Shown here piece after piece: positions 50,708-58,367 of a stretch of DNA of 58,668 nt (position 1 is the first letter of the stretch; every line of letters begins with the position of its first letter). The position numbers and the translations under genes were made by a program. Source of the DNA: an uncultured Candidatus Saccharibacteria bacterium. Lineage in GTDB: Bacteria; Patescibacteriota; Minisyncoccia; Minisyncoccales; JAGGXC01. The notes under the pieces were generated by a model. It searched no databases. It was not told the origin of the DNA and saw nothing but the letters and a program-made list of their open reading frames with translations. The stretch covers positions 1-58,668 of the forward strand of contig CAZSHN010000001.1 of NCBI GenBank assembly GCA_964607015.1, written 5' to 3'.

Positions 50708-53700
50708 TTATATCTTCTTAATTGCGAGCCACAAATCTTTTTGTTCAAATTTTGTTTCTCTTTCAGCTCCAAATGCTAATTTTTCCTTCTTTCCAAATTC
50801 TATTTTTTCTGCCTTGGCTTCTTTTAATATAACTTCTTCGTTTCTTGTCAAAACATCATTAAGTTCTTTATCTCCGGAAAAATAAATAACAATCTTGTGT
50901 CTTGGTTTGTACCCTGCTTTCTTTCTCATTGATTTTATATAACGAAGGACTTCTCTTACCGTCCCCTCTTCTCTTAACTTTGGAGTAATAACAAGATCTA
51001 ATTCTATTTCTTCTTTAATATTCTCAAAAGAGACTTCTTTAACATTCACTTCTTCTTTAATTAAATCAATCAATTCTTTTTCTTTTAAATCTAATTTCTT
51101 TTTATTGATCTTCAAGGAAGCAAGAGGTTGTCTTACTTTAATCCCGGCATCTGCTCTTTTGTTTAAAGTCAGAGCAACTATTTTTCTAATATCACTCATC
51201 TTTCCTTCCAATTCTTTATCTATTAACTCTTTAACAGGACCGGGATAATCACACAAATGAACTGACTCTTCCTTTCCTTTATAAGAAGGAAGTTCTCTGT
51301 AAATACTTTCGGCAAAGAAAGGAGTAAAAGGAGCTATTAGCTTAGTTAATTCTATTAAAGTATAATTTAAAATCTTCGTAGCCTCTTCTTTTTCTTTCTC
51401 GCTTTCTGGTTTTTGAAATCTTGTTCTTGATCTCCTGATATACCAATTAGATAAATCATCAACAAAACCTTCAAAAAGTCTGGCAGCATCTACTATTTGA
51501 TATTCTTCCATTTTTTTATCTATCTCCCCTTTCAGACTTTCTAATTTAGAAATAATCCATTTATCTAACAAATTATTAGGATTAATATCTAGATCAATTT
51601 CTTCTTTATCAGAATACATAGATAAAAACCTAAAACTATTCCATAAAGTACCAAAGAACTTTCTAGAAAGATCTTTAAGTTCTTTAAAGTCAAATCTTTT
51701 AGGCTCTCCCGCAGAATTAATAGTATAGAAATAGAATCTTGCACAATCAACTCCAAAATCTCTTGCTACTTCTTGAGGGTCAACAATAATTCCTCTTGAC
51801 TTAGACATCTTTCTCCCTTTTGCATCTAAAACTATTCCAAGAGAAATCACATTCTTGTAAGAGATTCCGAGTCCAAGCAAAGTAGAGATAGCAAGCAATG
51901 TGTAGAACCACCCCCTGGTCTGATCCACTCCTTCGCAAATAAAGTCAGCTGGGAAAAATTTATTGTCATCAATCATTTCTTTATTCTCAAAAGGATAATG
52001 AAGCTGACCATAAGGAACAGATCCAGAATCAAACCAGCAATCTATCACTTCAGAAACCCTCTTCATAGAAGATCCGCATTTAGGACAATTAAATTCAACT
52101 TCATCCACGTATGGTCTGTGAAAATTAAGATTTCCTTTTTTGTCATAAGGGAATTTTTTAAACTTGATTTTCCTTATCTCATTATTGCTAGGAACAAGTT
52201 CAGAAAACTGTTCCATTGTTTCTTTGTTATTCAAACCTTTAATAGCGGCCTGTAAAAGCCAAAGGGGACCTCCATGACTAACTATTAAAATATTCTTTCC
52301 TTTATATTTCTTTTCTAGCTCTTTTATAAAATCAAGGGTTCTTAACTTAATCTCATTAAAACTCTCTCCCCCTTCAGGAGGATTGTTAAATCCTTTTTCT
52401 GTTCCTAAGAATTCTTTTTTCCAATTCTTAACAGGCTTCCCATCAAATTCACCAAAATCCATTTCTCTTAATCTCTCGTCAAAATTTATCTTCACTCCTA
52501 TCTCTTTAGAAGCCATTTCTGCTGTTTCTTTTGTTCTTAATAAATCAGAGGAGAAAATTAAATCTATCTTTTCTTCTTTTAAATTTTTAACCAATTCAGA
52601 TACTTCCCTTCTCCCTTTAGCAGTAAGAGGACAATGTCTTTTTTCTGGCCACGAACAAAGCCTTTCTTCTTCCTGAGTACAAGAGTGGCCATGCCTCATT
52701 AAATAATAATTATTACTGCTAAATTCTTGTGAAGATAAATCTTCTCTAGATCCAATTACTTCAAGATGGTCACAATCAGAACATTTCCATACAGGCAGTG
52801 GAGTTCCCCAATACCTTTCTCTGGTTAAATTCCAATCTTTAATTCCCCTTAACCACTCACCAAATCTTCCCTCTTTTAAATGTCCCGGAATCCAATTAAT
52901 CTTCTCGTTATTAGCCAGTAAATCATCTTTTACTTTTTGCATATTAACGAACCAGCTTTTTTTAGCATAGTAAAGAAGAGGCGTATCGCATCTCCAGCAA
53001 AAAGGATAATCATGAACACATTCTTCTTCCTTTAGAATTAAATCATTCTTTTTCAACTCTTCAATAATTAAGGAATCAGCACTTTTTACAAATTTGCCTG
53101 CCCACTTTTTTACTTCTTTTTTAAATTTCCCTTCGTCATCTATTGTAACTAAAACAGGTAAATCATTTTCTTTTCCAATATTCATATCATCTTCACCAAA
53201 AGCAGGTGCTACATGAACTAATCCTGTTCCTTCTTCTAAGGAGACGAAGTCTGCTCCAATTACTTTATAAATATTCTTTTCTCCTTTCGCTGATTTAATA
53301 TTAAATAATGGCTCATACTCTACTCCAATCAAATCCTTTCCTTTTATTCTATCTACTATTTCTCCCTCAATTCCTGAATTTTCCAATCTTCCCTTAGCTA
53401 CAACTAAATTCTCTCCATTTACTTTAACTTTGTAATAAATAAATTCAGGATTAACAGCAATAGCTACGTTAGCAGGTAAAGTCCAAGGAGTAGTAGTCCA
53501 AGCAACCAAATAAGAATTTTTAAGATTAGACTTTCCTTTAACTTTAAATTTAACGTAAATAGCTGGATCTTTTGTTTCCTTATATCCTTGAGCTACTTCA
53601 TGAGAAGAAAGAGACGTTCCACATCTCGGACAATAAGGAATAACTTTATAATCTTCATAAAGAAATCCTTTCTCCCAGATTCTTTTCAATGCCCACCAAA

Positions 53701-54151
53701 CAGATTCCATGTAATCAGGCTCACAAGTAATATAAGGATTATCCAAATCCAACCAGAACCCTATTCTTTTGGTGAACTCTTCCCACTCACTTTTATAATT
53801 AAAGATATTTTTCTCACACTCTTGAGCAAACCTCTCAATACCAATCGCTTCAATTTCTTTTTTACTCTTTACCTTAAGCTGTTTTTCTGTTTCCATTTCA
53901 GTAGGTAAACCATGCGTATCCCATCCTGCCTTTCTTTCAACGTAAAACCCCTTCATTGTTCTGTGACGCAAAATAGCATCTTTAAAAGAGCGCGCTAAAA
54001 GATGATGGATTCCAGGTTTTCCATTAGCAAAAGGAGGCCCTTCGTAAAAAACAAAACGAGGATTGTCTTTACTCTTCTCTAAAGTTTTTTGAAAAATATT
54101 GTTATCTTCCCAAAATCTGAGAATTTCTTGTTCTTTTTTAGGTAAATCCAT
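50708..54151 (-). CDS. ileS: Isoleucyl-tRNA synthetase carrying an internal histidine-phosphatase (PGAM-like) domain insertion
   Basis: 1147 aa. It has PPFANGKPGIHHLL (HIGH), KMSKSRG (KMSKS), CP1 editing blocks (TTTPWTLPAN, GTGLVHVAPAFGEDD) and Zn knuckles. An RHG...SHGG phosphatase domain lies in frame at aa ~473-675, between WKCSDCDHLEVIGSREDL and NFHRPYVDEVEFNCPKCGS. Confidence 0.95.
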   Translation of the reverse strand: MDLPKKEQEILRFWEDNNIFQKTLEKSKDNPRFVFYEGPPFANGKPGIHHLLARSFKDAILRHRTMKGFYVERKAGWDTHGLPTEMETEKQLKVKSKKEIEAIGIERFAQECEKNIFNYKSEWEEFTKRIGFWLDLDNPYITCEPDYMESVWWALKRIWEKGFLYEDYKVIPYCPRCGTSLSSHEVAQGYKETKDPAIYVKFKVKGKSNLKNSYLVAWTTTPWTLPANVAIAVNPEFIYYKVKVNGENLVVAKGRLENSGIEGEIVDRIKGKDLIGVEYEPLFNIKSAKGEKNIYKVIGADFVSLEEGTGLVHVAPAFGEDDMNIGKENDLPVLVTIDDEGKFKKEVKKWAGKFVKSADSLIIEELKKNDLILKEEECVHDYPFCWRCDTPLLYYAKKSWFVNMQKVKDDLLANNEKINWIPGHLKEGRFGEWLRGIKDWNLTRERYWGTPLPVWKCSDCDHLEVIGSREDLSSQEFSSNNYYLMRHGHSCTQEEERLCSWPEKRHCPLTAKGRREVSELVKNLKEEKIDLIFSSDLLRTKETAEMASKEIGVKINFDERLREMDFGEFDGKPVKNWKKEFLGTEKGFNNPPEGGESFNEIKLRTLDFIKELEKKYKGKNILIVSHGGPLWLLQAAIKGLNNKETMEQFSELVPSNNEIRKIKFKKFPYDKKGNLNFHRPYVDEVEFNCPKCGSSMKRVSEVIDCWFDSGSVPYGQLHYPFENKEMIDDNKFFPADFICEGVDQTRGWFYTLLAISTLLGLGISYKNVISLGIVLDAKGRKMSKSRGIIVDPQEVARDFGVDCARFYFYTINSAGEPKRFDFKELKDLSRKFFGTLWNSFRFLSMYSDKEEIDLDINPNNLLDKWIISKLESLKGEIDKKMEEYQIVDAARLFEGFVDDLSNWYIRRSRTRFQKPESEKEKEEATKILNYTLIELTKLIAPFTPFFAESIYRELPSYKGKEESVHLCDYPGPVKELIDKELEGKMSDIRKIVALTLNKRADAGIKVRQPLASLKINKKKLDLKEKELIDLIKEEVNVKEVSFENIKEEIELDLVITPKLREEGTVREVLRYIKSMRKKAGYKPRHKIVIYFSGDKELNDVLTRNEEVILKEAKAEKIEFGKKEKLAFGAERETKFEQKDLWLAIKKI

Positions 54152-54155
54152 AATT

Positions 54156-55727
54156 TTACATTTTTTCAGGAGCAGAAACTCCCATTAAATCTAAAACTTC
54201 TTTTAATATTATTTTGGTTGCTAGAGCTAAAGACATTCTTGCTTCTTTCATTTTTTTATCATCACAAAGAATCTTACAATCTCTATAAAATTTATGAAAA
54301 TCTTCCGCTACCTTAATGCCGTATTGAGGTAAACGCTGAAGCTGAAAATCATTCGCTGTTTCTTCAACTATTTCCGGTAGTTTAATCAATTCTTTAATCA
54401 AGCTAATTTCTGAAGGATGTTTTAATAATTCAAAGTTTCCATTTAAAGATTTCTTTTCTTGCTCTAAAACACTACAAATTCTAGCATGAGCATACTGAAC
54501 ATAGTAAACAGGATTTTTCTTGGACTGTTCTTTGGCCAAGGAAAGATCAAACTTTAAATGAGTACCAGCTGATCTCTGCAAGAAAAAAAATCTTACCACG
54601 TCAGAACTTACTTCTTCAAGTAATTCATCCATTGTTACATACACCCCCTTTCTTTTAGACATTTTTAACTCCTTTCCTTTGTCTAAAAGAGTAACGAATT
54701 GAAGAAGAACAAATTCTAACTGGTCTTTATACCCTAAAGCTTCTACTCCAGCTTTTAAACCAGGAATATCACCATAATGATCAGCCCCCCAAATATTTAT
54801 TACTTTGTCAAAACCTTTATCTTTAAATTTGTAACTATGATAAGCTATGTCCCCTGCTAAGTAAGTAGGTGTTCCGTCTTTTCTAATCAAAACTCTATCT
54901 CTCTCGTCTCCAAAATCTTTGGACTTAAACCACAAAGCTCCTTCTTTTTTATAGACTAGTCCTTTTTTATCTAAAGAATTAATGACTTTTTCTATTGCTT
55001 TTGATTCATGTAATTCTTTTTCAAAAAACCATTCATTATAATCAATGCCAAGCTTATCAGTAGTTTTTTTGATCATTTCTTCTAATATTATCTTTGCTGC
55101 TTTTTCTCCTGCTTTATAAGGATCTTTCTCTTTTATTCTTTTATTTAACTGATCTATATATTCTCCTTTGTATTGAGCTTGATTGTCTTTTAAAACTGAA
55201 TGACCAAGAGCAAGTATTTGATTACCGTAATTATTAACATAATAAGCTTTTTCAACTTCAAAGCCAGCTTTCTCAAGAACATTCCCTAAAACGTCTCCAA
55301 AAGGACCTCCTCTGGCGTTTCCTATCGTTAAGGGACCAGTAGGATTGGCGGAAATAAACTCTACTTGAACTTTTTTCCCTTTTCCATTATTAAGCTTGCT
55401 AAATTTTTCTTTTTTGTCTAGAATCTTCTTTAACTGTTCTTCAAGATAATTATCAGAGAGAAAAAAATTAAAAAACGGTCCTTTCTGTTCAACTCTTTTA
55501 AAATACTTTTTAAAACCCTTGTCTTTCCTGGTCTCCTCTAAAACCTCGGAAAGTTCACTCGGGCCACAATAGTCTTTTCTCTTTTTTTTACAACAATTAT
55601 AAGGGATGGCTGCATAATCCCCATATTTTTCTTGAGAAGGCCTTTCAATTTTAATCTCTTTGCATGTTATTCCCTTCTTTTTGCAGGCTTTCTCTACAAC
55701 TTCTTTTATCTTTTCTTTTGCTTCCAT
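54156..55727 (-). CDS. argS: Arginyl-tRNA synthetase
   Basis: 523 aa. It has SANPTGPLTIGNARG (HIGH-equivalent), the MSKRKG region, and a DALR anticodon-binding C-terminus ending ..LDLMGVSAPEKM. Confidence 0.93.
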   Translation of the reverse strand: MEAKEKIKEVVEKACKKKGITCKEIKIERPSQEKYGDYAAIPYNCCKKKRKDYCGPSELSEVLEETRKDKGFKKYFKRVEQKGPFFNFFLSDNYLEEQLKKILDKKEKFSKLNNGKGKKVQVEFISANPTGPLTIGNARGGPFGDVLGNVLEKAGFEVEKAYYVNNYGNQILALGHSVLKDNQAQYKGEYIDQLNKRIKEKDPYKAGEKAAKIILEEMIKKTTDKLGIDYNEWFFEKELHESKAIEKVINSLDKKGLVYKKEGALWFKSKDFGDERDRVLIRKDGTPTYLAGDIAYHSYKFKDKGFDKVINIWGADHYGDIPGLKAGVEALGYKDQLEFVLLQFVTLLDKGKELKMSKRKGVYVTMDELLEEVSSDVVRFFFLQRSAGTHLKFDLSLAKEQSKKNPVYYVQYAHARICSVLEQEKKSLNGNFELLKHPSEISLIKELIKLPEIVEETANDFQLQRLPQYGIKVAEDFHKFYRDCKILCDDKKMKEARMSLALATKIILKEVLDLMGVSAPEKM

Positions 55728-55789
55728 ATTATTTTTAAGTCTATCCTATTTTGCTTAAAATTTAAAGGGTTTAATGATAAACTAAATAT

Positions 55790-56251
55790 ATGAAGATTAT
55801 TACTAAAAACAAGAAGGCTTATTTTGATTATGAAATCCTGGAAACATTCGAGGCAGGGATAAAATTGACTGGACAAGAAGTAAAATCTATAAAGAACGGA
55901 AAGATAAGCATCAAAGGATCTTACGTAGTTTTGAAAAAACAAGACAAGAAAGAAATTCCAGAAGTTTTTATGATTGGATGTACAATCCCGCCTTATCAGC
56001 CAAACAATACTCCTTCTGATTATAATCCTGAAAGATCTAGAAAATTACTTTTAAAGAAACAAGAAATAAAACATTTAATAGGAAAATCAAAAGAAAAAGG
56101 GTTGACAGTTATCCCCTTAAAGGTTTATACTAGGAAAGGTAAAATCAAGCTAGAAATAGCTACAGTTAAAGGAAAGAAGAAAGTTGACAAAAGAGAGAAA
56201 ATAAAAAAGAGAGACGTAGATAGACAGATTAGAAATGCACTTAAAAGATAA
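55790..56251 (+). CDS. smpB: SsrA-binding protein SmpB
   Basis: 153 aa. KKAYFDYEILETFEAGIKLTGQEVKSI..GK is the canonical SmpB N-terminus, and the C-terminal tail is basic. Confidence 0.95.
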   Translation: MKIITKNKKAYFDYEILETFEAGIKLTGQEVKSIKNGKISIKGSYVVLKKQDKKEIPEVFMIGCTIPPYQPNNTPSDYNPERSRKLLLKKQEIKHLIGKSKEKGLTVIPLKVYTRKGKIKLEIATVKGKKKVDKREKIKKRDVDRQIRNALKR

Positions 56252-56253
56252 AT

Positions 56254-56607
56254 GGGGATGTTTGAGATTCGACAGAAATCAAACTTCCTGAATAACCAAG
56301 CTGAGCATCCTGAAACCTCATAAAACTTTCAGGAAAACAATAAGTGAAAACTTATCAGAACAACCAGCTTTAGCATTTGCCTAAAGCCATCGATTTTAGT
56401 GATGCTCGATAGCTAAAATAGGTGTCATATATCGAGATACAGACAACTGTTCTTGCCTCAGAGCAATTGTCTAAATCAATGAGGCTAGGAATTCTATAAT
56501 TTTTGCTTGTTTTCCTAATAGATTTCCGAAACTTAAAACAAGTTAAGCTTGTAGAGTTATTCAAGAATAAATTTCTGGACGAGGGTTCAATTCCCTCCAT
56601 CTCCACA
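56254..56607 (+). ncRNA. ssrA: tmRNA (SsrA), one-piece
   Basis: The 5' end GGGGATGTTTGAGATTCGACAG and the 3' end GGACGAGGGTTCAATTCCCTCCATCTCCAC form the tRNA-like domain. An internal tag frame reads ..AGT GAA AAC TTA TCA GAA CAA CCA GCT TTA GCA TTT GCC TAA (..SENLSEQPALAFA*, stop at 56382..56384). It starts 2 nt after the smpB stop. Confidence 0.9.
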
Positions 56608-56635
56608 AAAAAAATATTAAACATCATTCAAAAAT

Positions 56636-57139
56636 TTGATTAAGAAACCACCTGTAAATAAAAGAATAAAAAGCGAAAAAGTAAGACTAATTGATGAAAA
56701 CGGAGAACAAATTGGAGTCACAGAGCGCGAAAAAGCGCTCCAGATTAGTAAGGAGCGAGGATTAGATTTAGTTCAAGTTACTGGCAAAGTTGACCCTCCT
56801 ATTTGCAAGATAATGGATTACGGAAAATATCTTTACCGACAAGAAAAGAAAGAAAGAAAGAATAAAAGCAAAAGTGTTCTAAAGAGTATAAGGATTGGTT
56901 TTAATACTTCCCCGCACGACCTCGAAACAAAAGCAAATACAATTCAAAGATTTCTAAAGAAAGGAGACAAAGTGAAAATAGAAATGAGACTACGAGGAAG
57001 AGAAAAAGCCTTAGGAAATATCGCTAAAGACAAACTAACAGGTTTTGTAAAAAGCATAAACGAAAAAACCCCAGTTAAAGTAGAAAGAAAAATCAAAAGA
57101 AAACCAAATGGATTAACCGTAATAATCTTTAAAGAATAA
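56636..57139 (+). CDS. infC: Translation initiation factor IF-3
   Basis: 167 aa. INKRIKSEKVRLIDENGEQIGV is the N-domain and KEIRIGFNTSPHDLETK...V is the C-domain. The start is TTG at 56636 or the adjacent ATT at 56639; AUU is the classical infC start. Confidence 0.95.
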   Translation: MIKKPPVNKRIKSEKVRLIDENGEQIGVTEREKALQISKERGLDLVQVTGKVDPPICKIMDYGKYLYRQEKKERKNKSKSVLKSIRIGFNTSPHDLETKANTIQRFLKKGDKVKIEMRLRGREKALGNIAKDKLTGFVKSINEKTPVKVERKIKRKPNGLTVIIFKE

Positions 57140-57144
57140 ATATT

Positions 57145-57330
57145 ATGAAAACAAGAAAATCAGTTAAAAAAAGGTTTAAAGTTACCAAGAACGGAAAAGT
57201 CCTAAGGAGACTTAGTGGACAAGATCATTTCCGAGCAAAAAAAAGCGGAAAGCAGATCAGACAAAAAAGAAAATGGGTTGAGGTTTCTAAACCTTTGGCT
57301 AAAAGGGTAAAAAAACTAATCAATAAATAG
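57145..57330 (+). CDS. rpmI: 50S ribosomal protein L35
   Basis: 61 aa. MKTRKSVKKRFKVTKNGKVLRR..GQDHF matches the L35 pattern. Confidence 0.95.
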   Translation: MKTRKSVKKRFKVTKNGKVLRRLSGQDHFRAKKSGKQIRQKRKWVEVSKPLAKRVKKLINK

Positions 57331-57331
57331 T

Positions 57332-57676
57332 ATGCCAAGAGTAAAAAGAGGAAAAACCGCACACAAAAGAAGAAAGAAATTCACCAAACAAACCAAGGGT
57401 TTTCGTTGGGGAAGAAAATCAAAATATAAGGCAGCAAAAGAAGCATTGATGCATGCTTGGACTTATTCTTTTAGAGATAGAAGAACAAAGAAAAGAAATT
57501 TCAGGAAGTTATGGCAAACTCAAATTTCTGCTGCTTGTAAGCAAAATGACATTTCTTACAACAAATTTATCAACGGGCTTAAAAAAGAAAAAATTGAGCT
57601 AGACAGAAAAATCTTAGCTCAACTCGCAAAAGAAAAACCAGAGATATTTAAAGAAATTGTGAGCAAGGTAAAATAA
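57332..57676 (+). CDS. rplT: 50S ribosomal protein L20
   Basis: 114 aa. MPRVKRGKTAHKRRKK...AYRDRR-like block and LDRKILAQLA match the L20 pattern. Confidence 0.95.
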   Translation: MPRVKRGKTAHKRRKKFTKQTKGFRWGRKSKYKAAKEALMHAWTYSFRDRRTKKRNFRKLWQTQISAACKQNDISYNKFINGLKKEKIELDRKILAQLAKEKPEIFKEIVSKVK

Positions 57677-57699
57677 TTTTACTAAGAATGGAAAATAAA

Positions 57700-57726
57700 A
57701 AGGAGCTTTAATCGAGCTCCTTTTTT
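57700..57726. terminator. Bidirectional terminator between rplT (+) and the convergent hypothetical gene (-)
   Basis: AAGGAGCT-ttaatcg-AGCTCCTT is followed by TTTT. On the minus strand the hairpin includes the last codons and stop of the 57708 gene and is followed by a T-run. Confidence 0.65.
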
Positions 57727-58079
57727 ACATCTTCATAATATTTATTTAGTTCTATTCTTTTTCTTACAAGTTCATCCCCTACTCTTCCTATAGCACCTCC
57801 TATGTTATGAGAAATATTTATAATTTTATTTAATTCGTCTTCGTTTCTTAATTCTACTTTTTTTATAACTTCCTTTAACTCGTCTTTCTCCTTTTTTGTT
57901 AGCTTTCCAGATTTTTCTTTAAGCTTCAGCACCGTCTCTAAGTTTTTCCTCATCTTGTTAAATAATTTCTCAAAGTTACATTCTCCAACAAGATTTTTGA
58001 TCTTTGTTTCTGTTTCTCTAAAAGATTTATAGATATCTTCTGCTTCAGTAAGTTCCTTTTTGTCAAAATAGCTACTCAG
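57708..58079 (-). CDS. Hypothetical helical protein, probably initiating at CTG
   Basis: The track ORF starts at ATG 57953, which has no SD. The frame is open upstream to 58094. A strong SD, AGGAGG (58092..58087), lies 7 nt before an in-frame CTG (58079..58077). That gives a 123-aa product: (M)SSYFDKKELTEAEDIYKSFRETETKIKNLVGECNFEKLFNKMRKNLE... Confidence 0.5.
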   Translation of the reverse strand: MSSYFDKKELTEAEDIYKSFRETETKIKNLVGECNFEKLFNKMRKNLETVLKLKEKSGKLTKKEKDELKEVIKKVELRNEDELNKIINISHNIGGAIGRVGDELVRKRIELNKYYEDVKKELD

Positions 58080-58115
58080 TTTCGACCCTCCTATTTATCT
58101 AAAACCGATAAATCT

Positions 58116-58367
58116 TTATAACACACCTTCTTTTTTGAGTAAAGATCTTTTCTTTTCAACTCCTTTATTGTATCCTCCTATTTTTCCATTAGATCTAATC
58201 ACTCTATGACAAGGAATTTTGGGGTCATTGTTTTTATTTAAAATGTTGCCAACGGCTCTCCAGGCATTAGAATCCCCAGCTAATTTAGCAACTTCTTTGT
58301 AACTCATCGTTTTTCCTTCTGGAACATTTTTAACTACACTATAAACTTTTTTCTTAAAGTTGTTCAT
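58116..58367 (-). CDS. Stand-alone MGMT/Ogt C-terminal (DNA-binding, active-site) domain protein
   Basis: 83 aa. VPEGKTMSYKEVAKLAG..NAWRAVGNIL..N...PCHRVIRSNGKIGGY includes the PCHR active-site Cys motif. There is no N-terminal Ogt domain. Confidence 0.85.
   Translation of the reverse strand: MNNFKKKVYSVVKNVPEGKTMSYKEVAKLAGDSNAWRAVGNILNKNNDPKIPCHRVIRSNGKIGGYNKGVEKKRSLLKKEGVL

Noticed and set aside
52127-52735. The IleRS insertion as an intein or mobile-element insertion
   Set aside because: There are no intein splice-junction motifs (no Cys/Ser at the N-junction, no His-Asn plus Cys/Ser/Thr at the C-junction) and no homing endonuclease motifs. The insert instead matches histidine-phosphatase motifs throughout.
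55728-55789. The strand-orientation switch between argS (-) and smpB (+) as a possible replication origin
   Set aside because: The spacer is only 62 nt with no DnaA-box cluster, and minus-strand genes resume at 57708. It is more simply a divergent promoter region.
56370-56627. An 85-aa minus-strand ORF
   Set aside because: It lies entirely inside the tmRNA gene (56254..56607) on the opposite strand. It is a spurious ORF.
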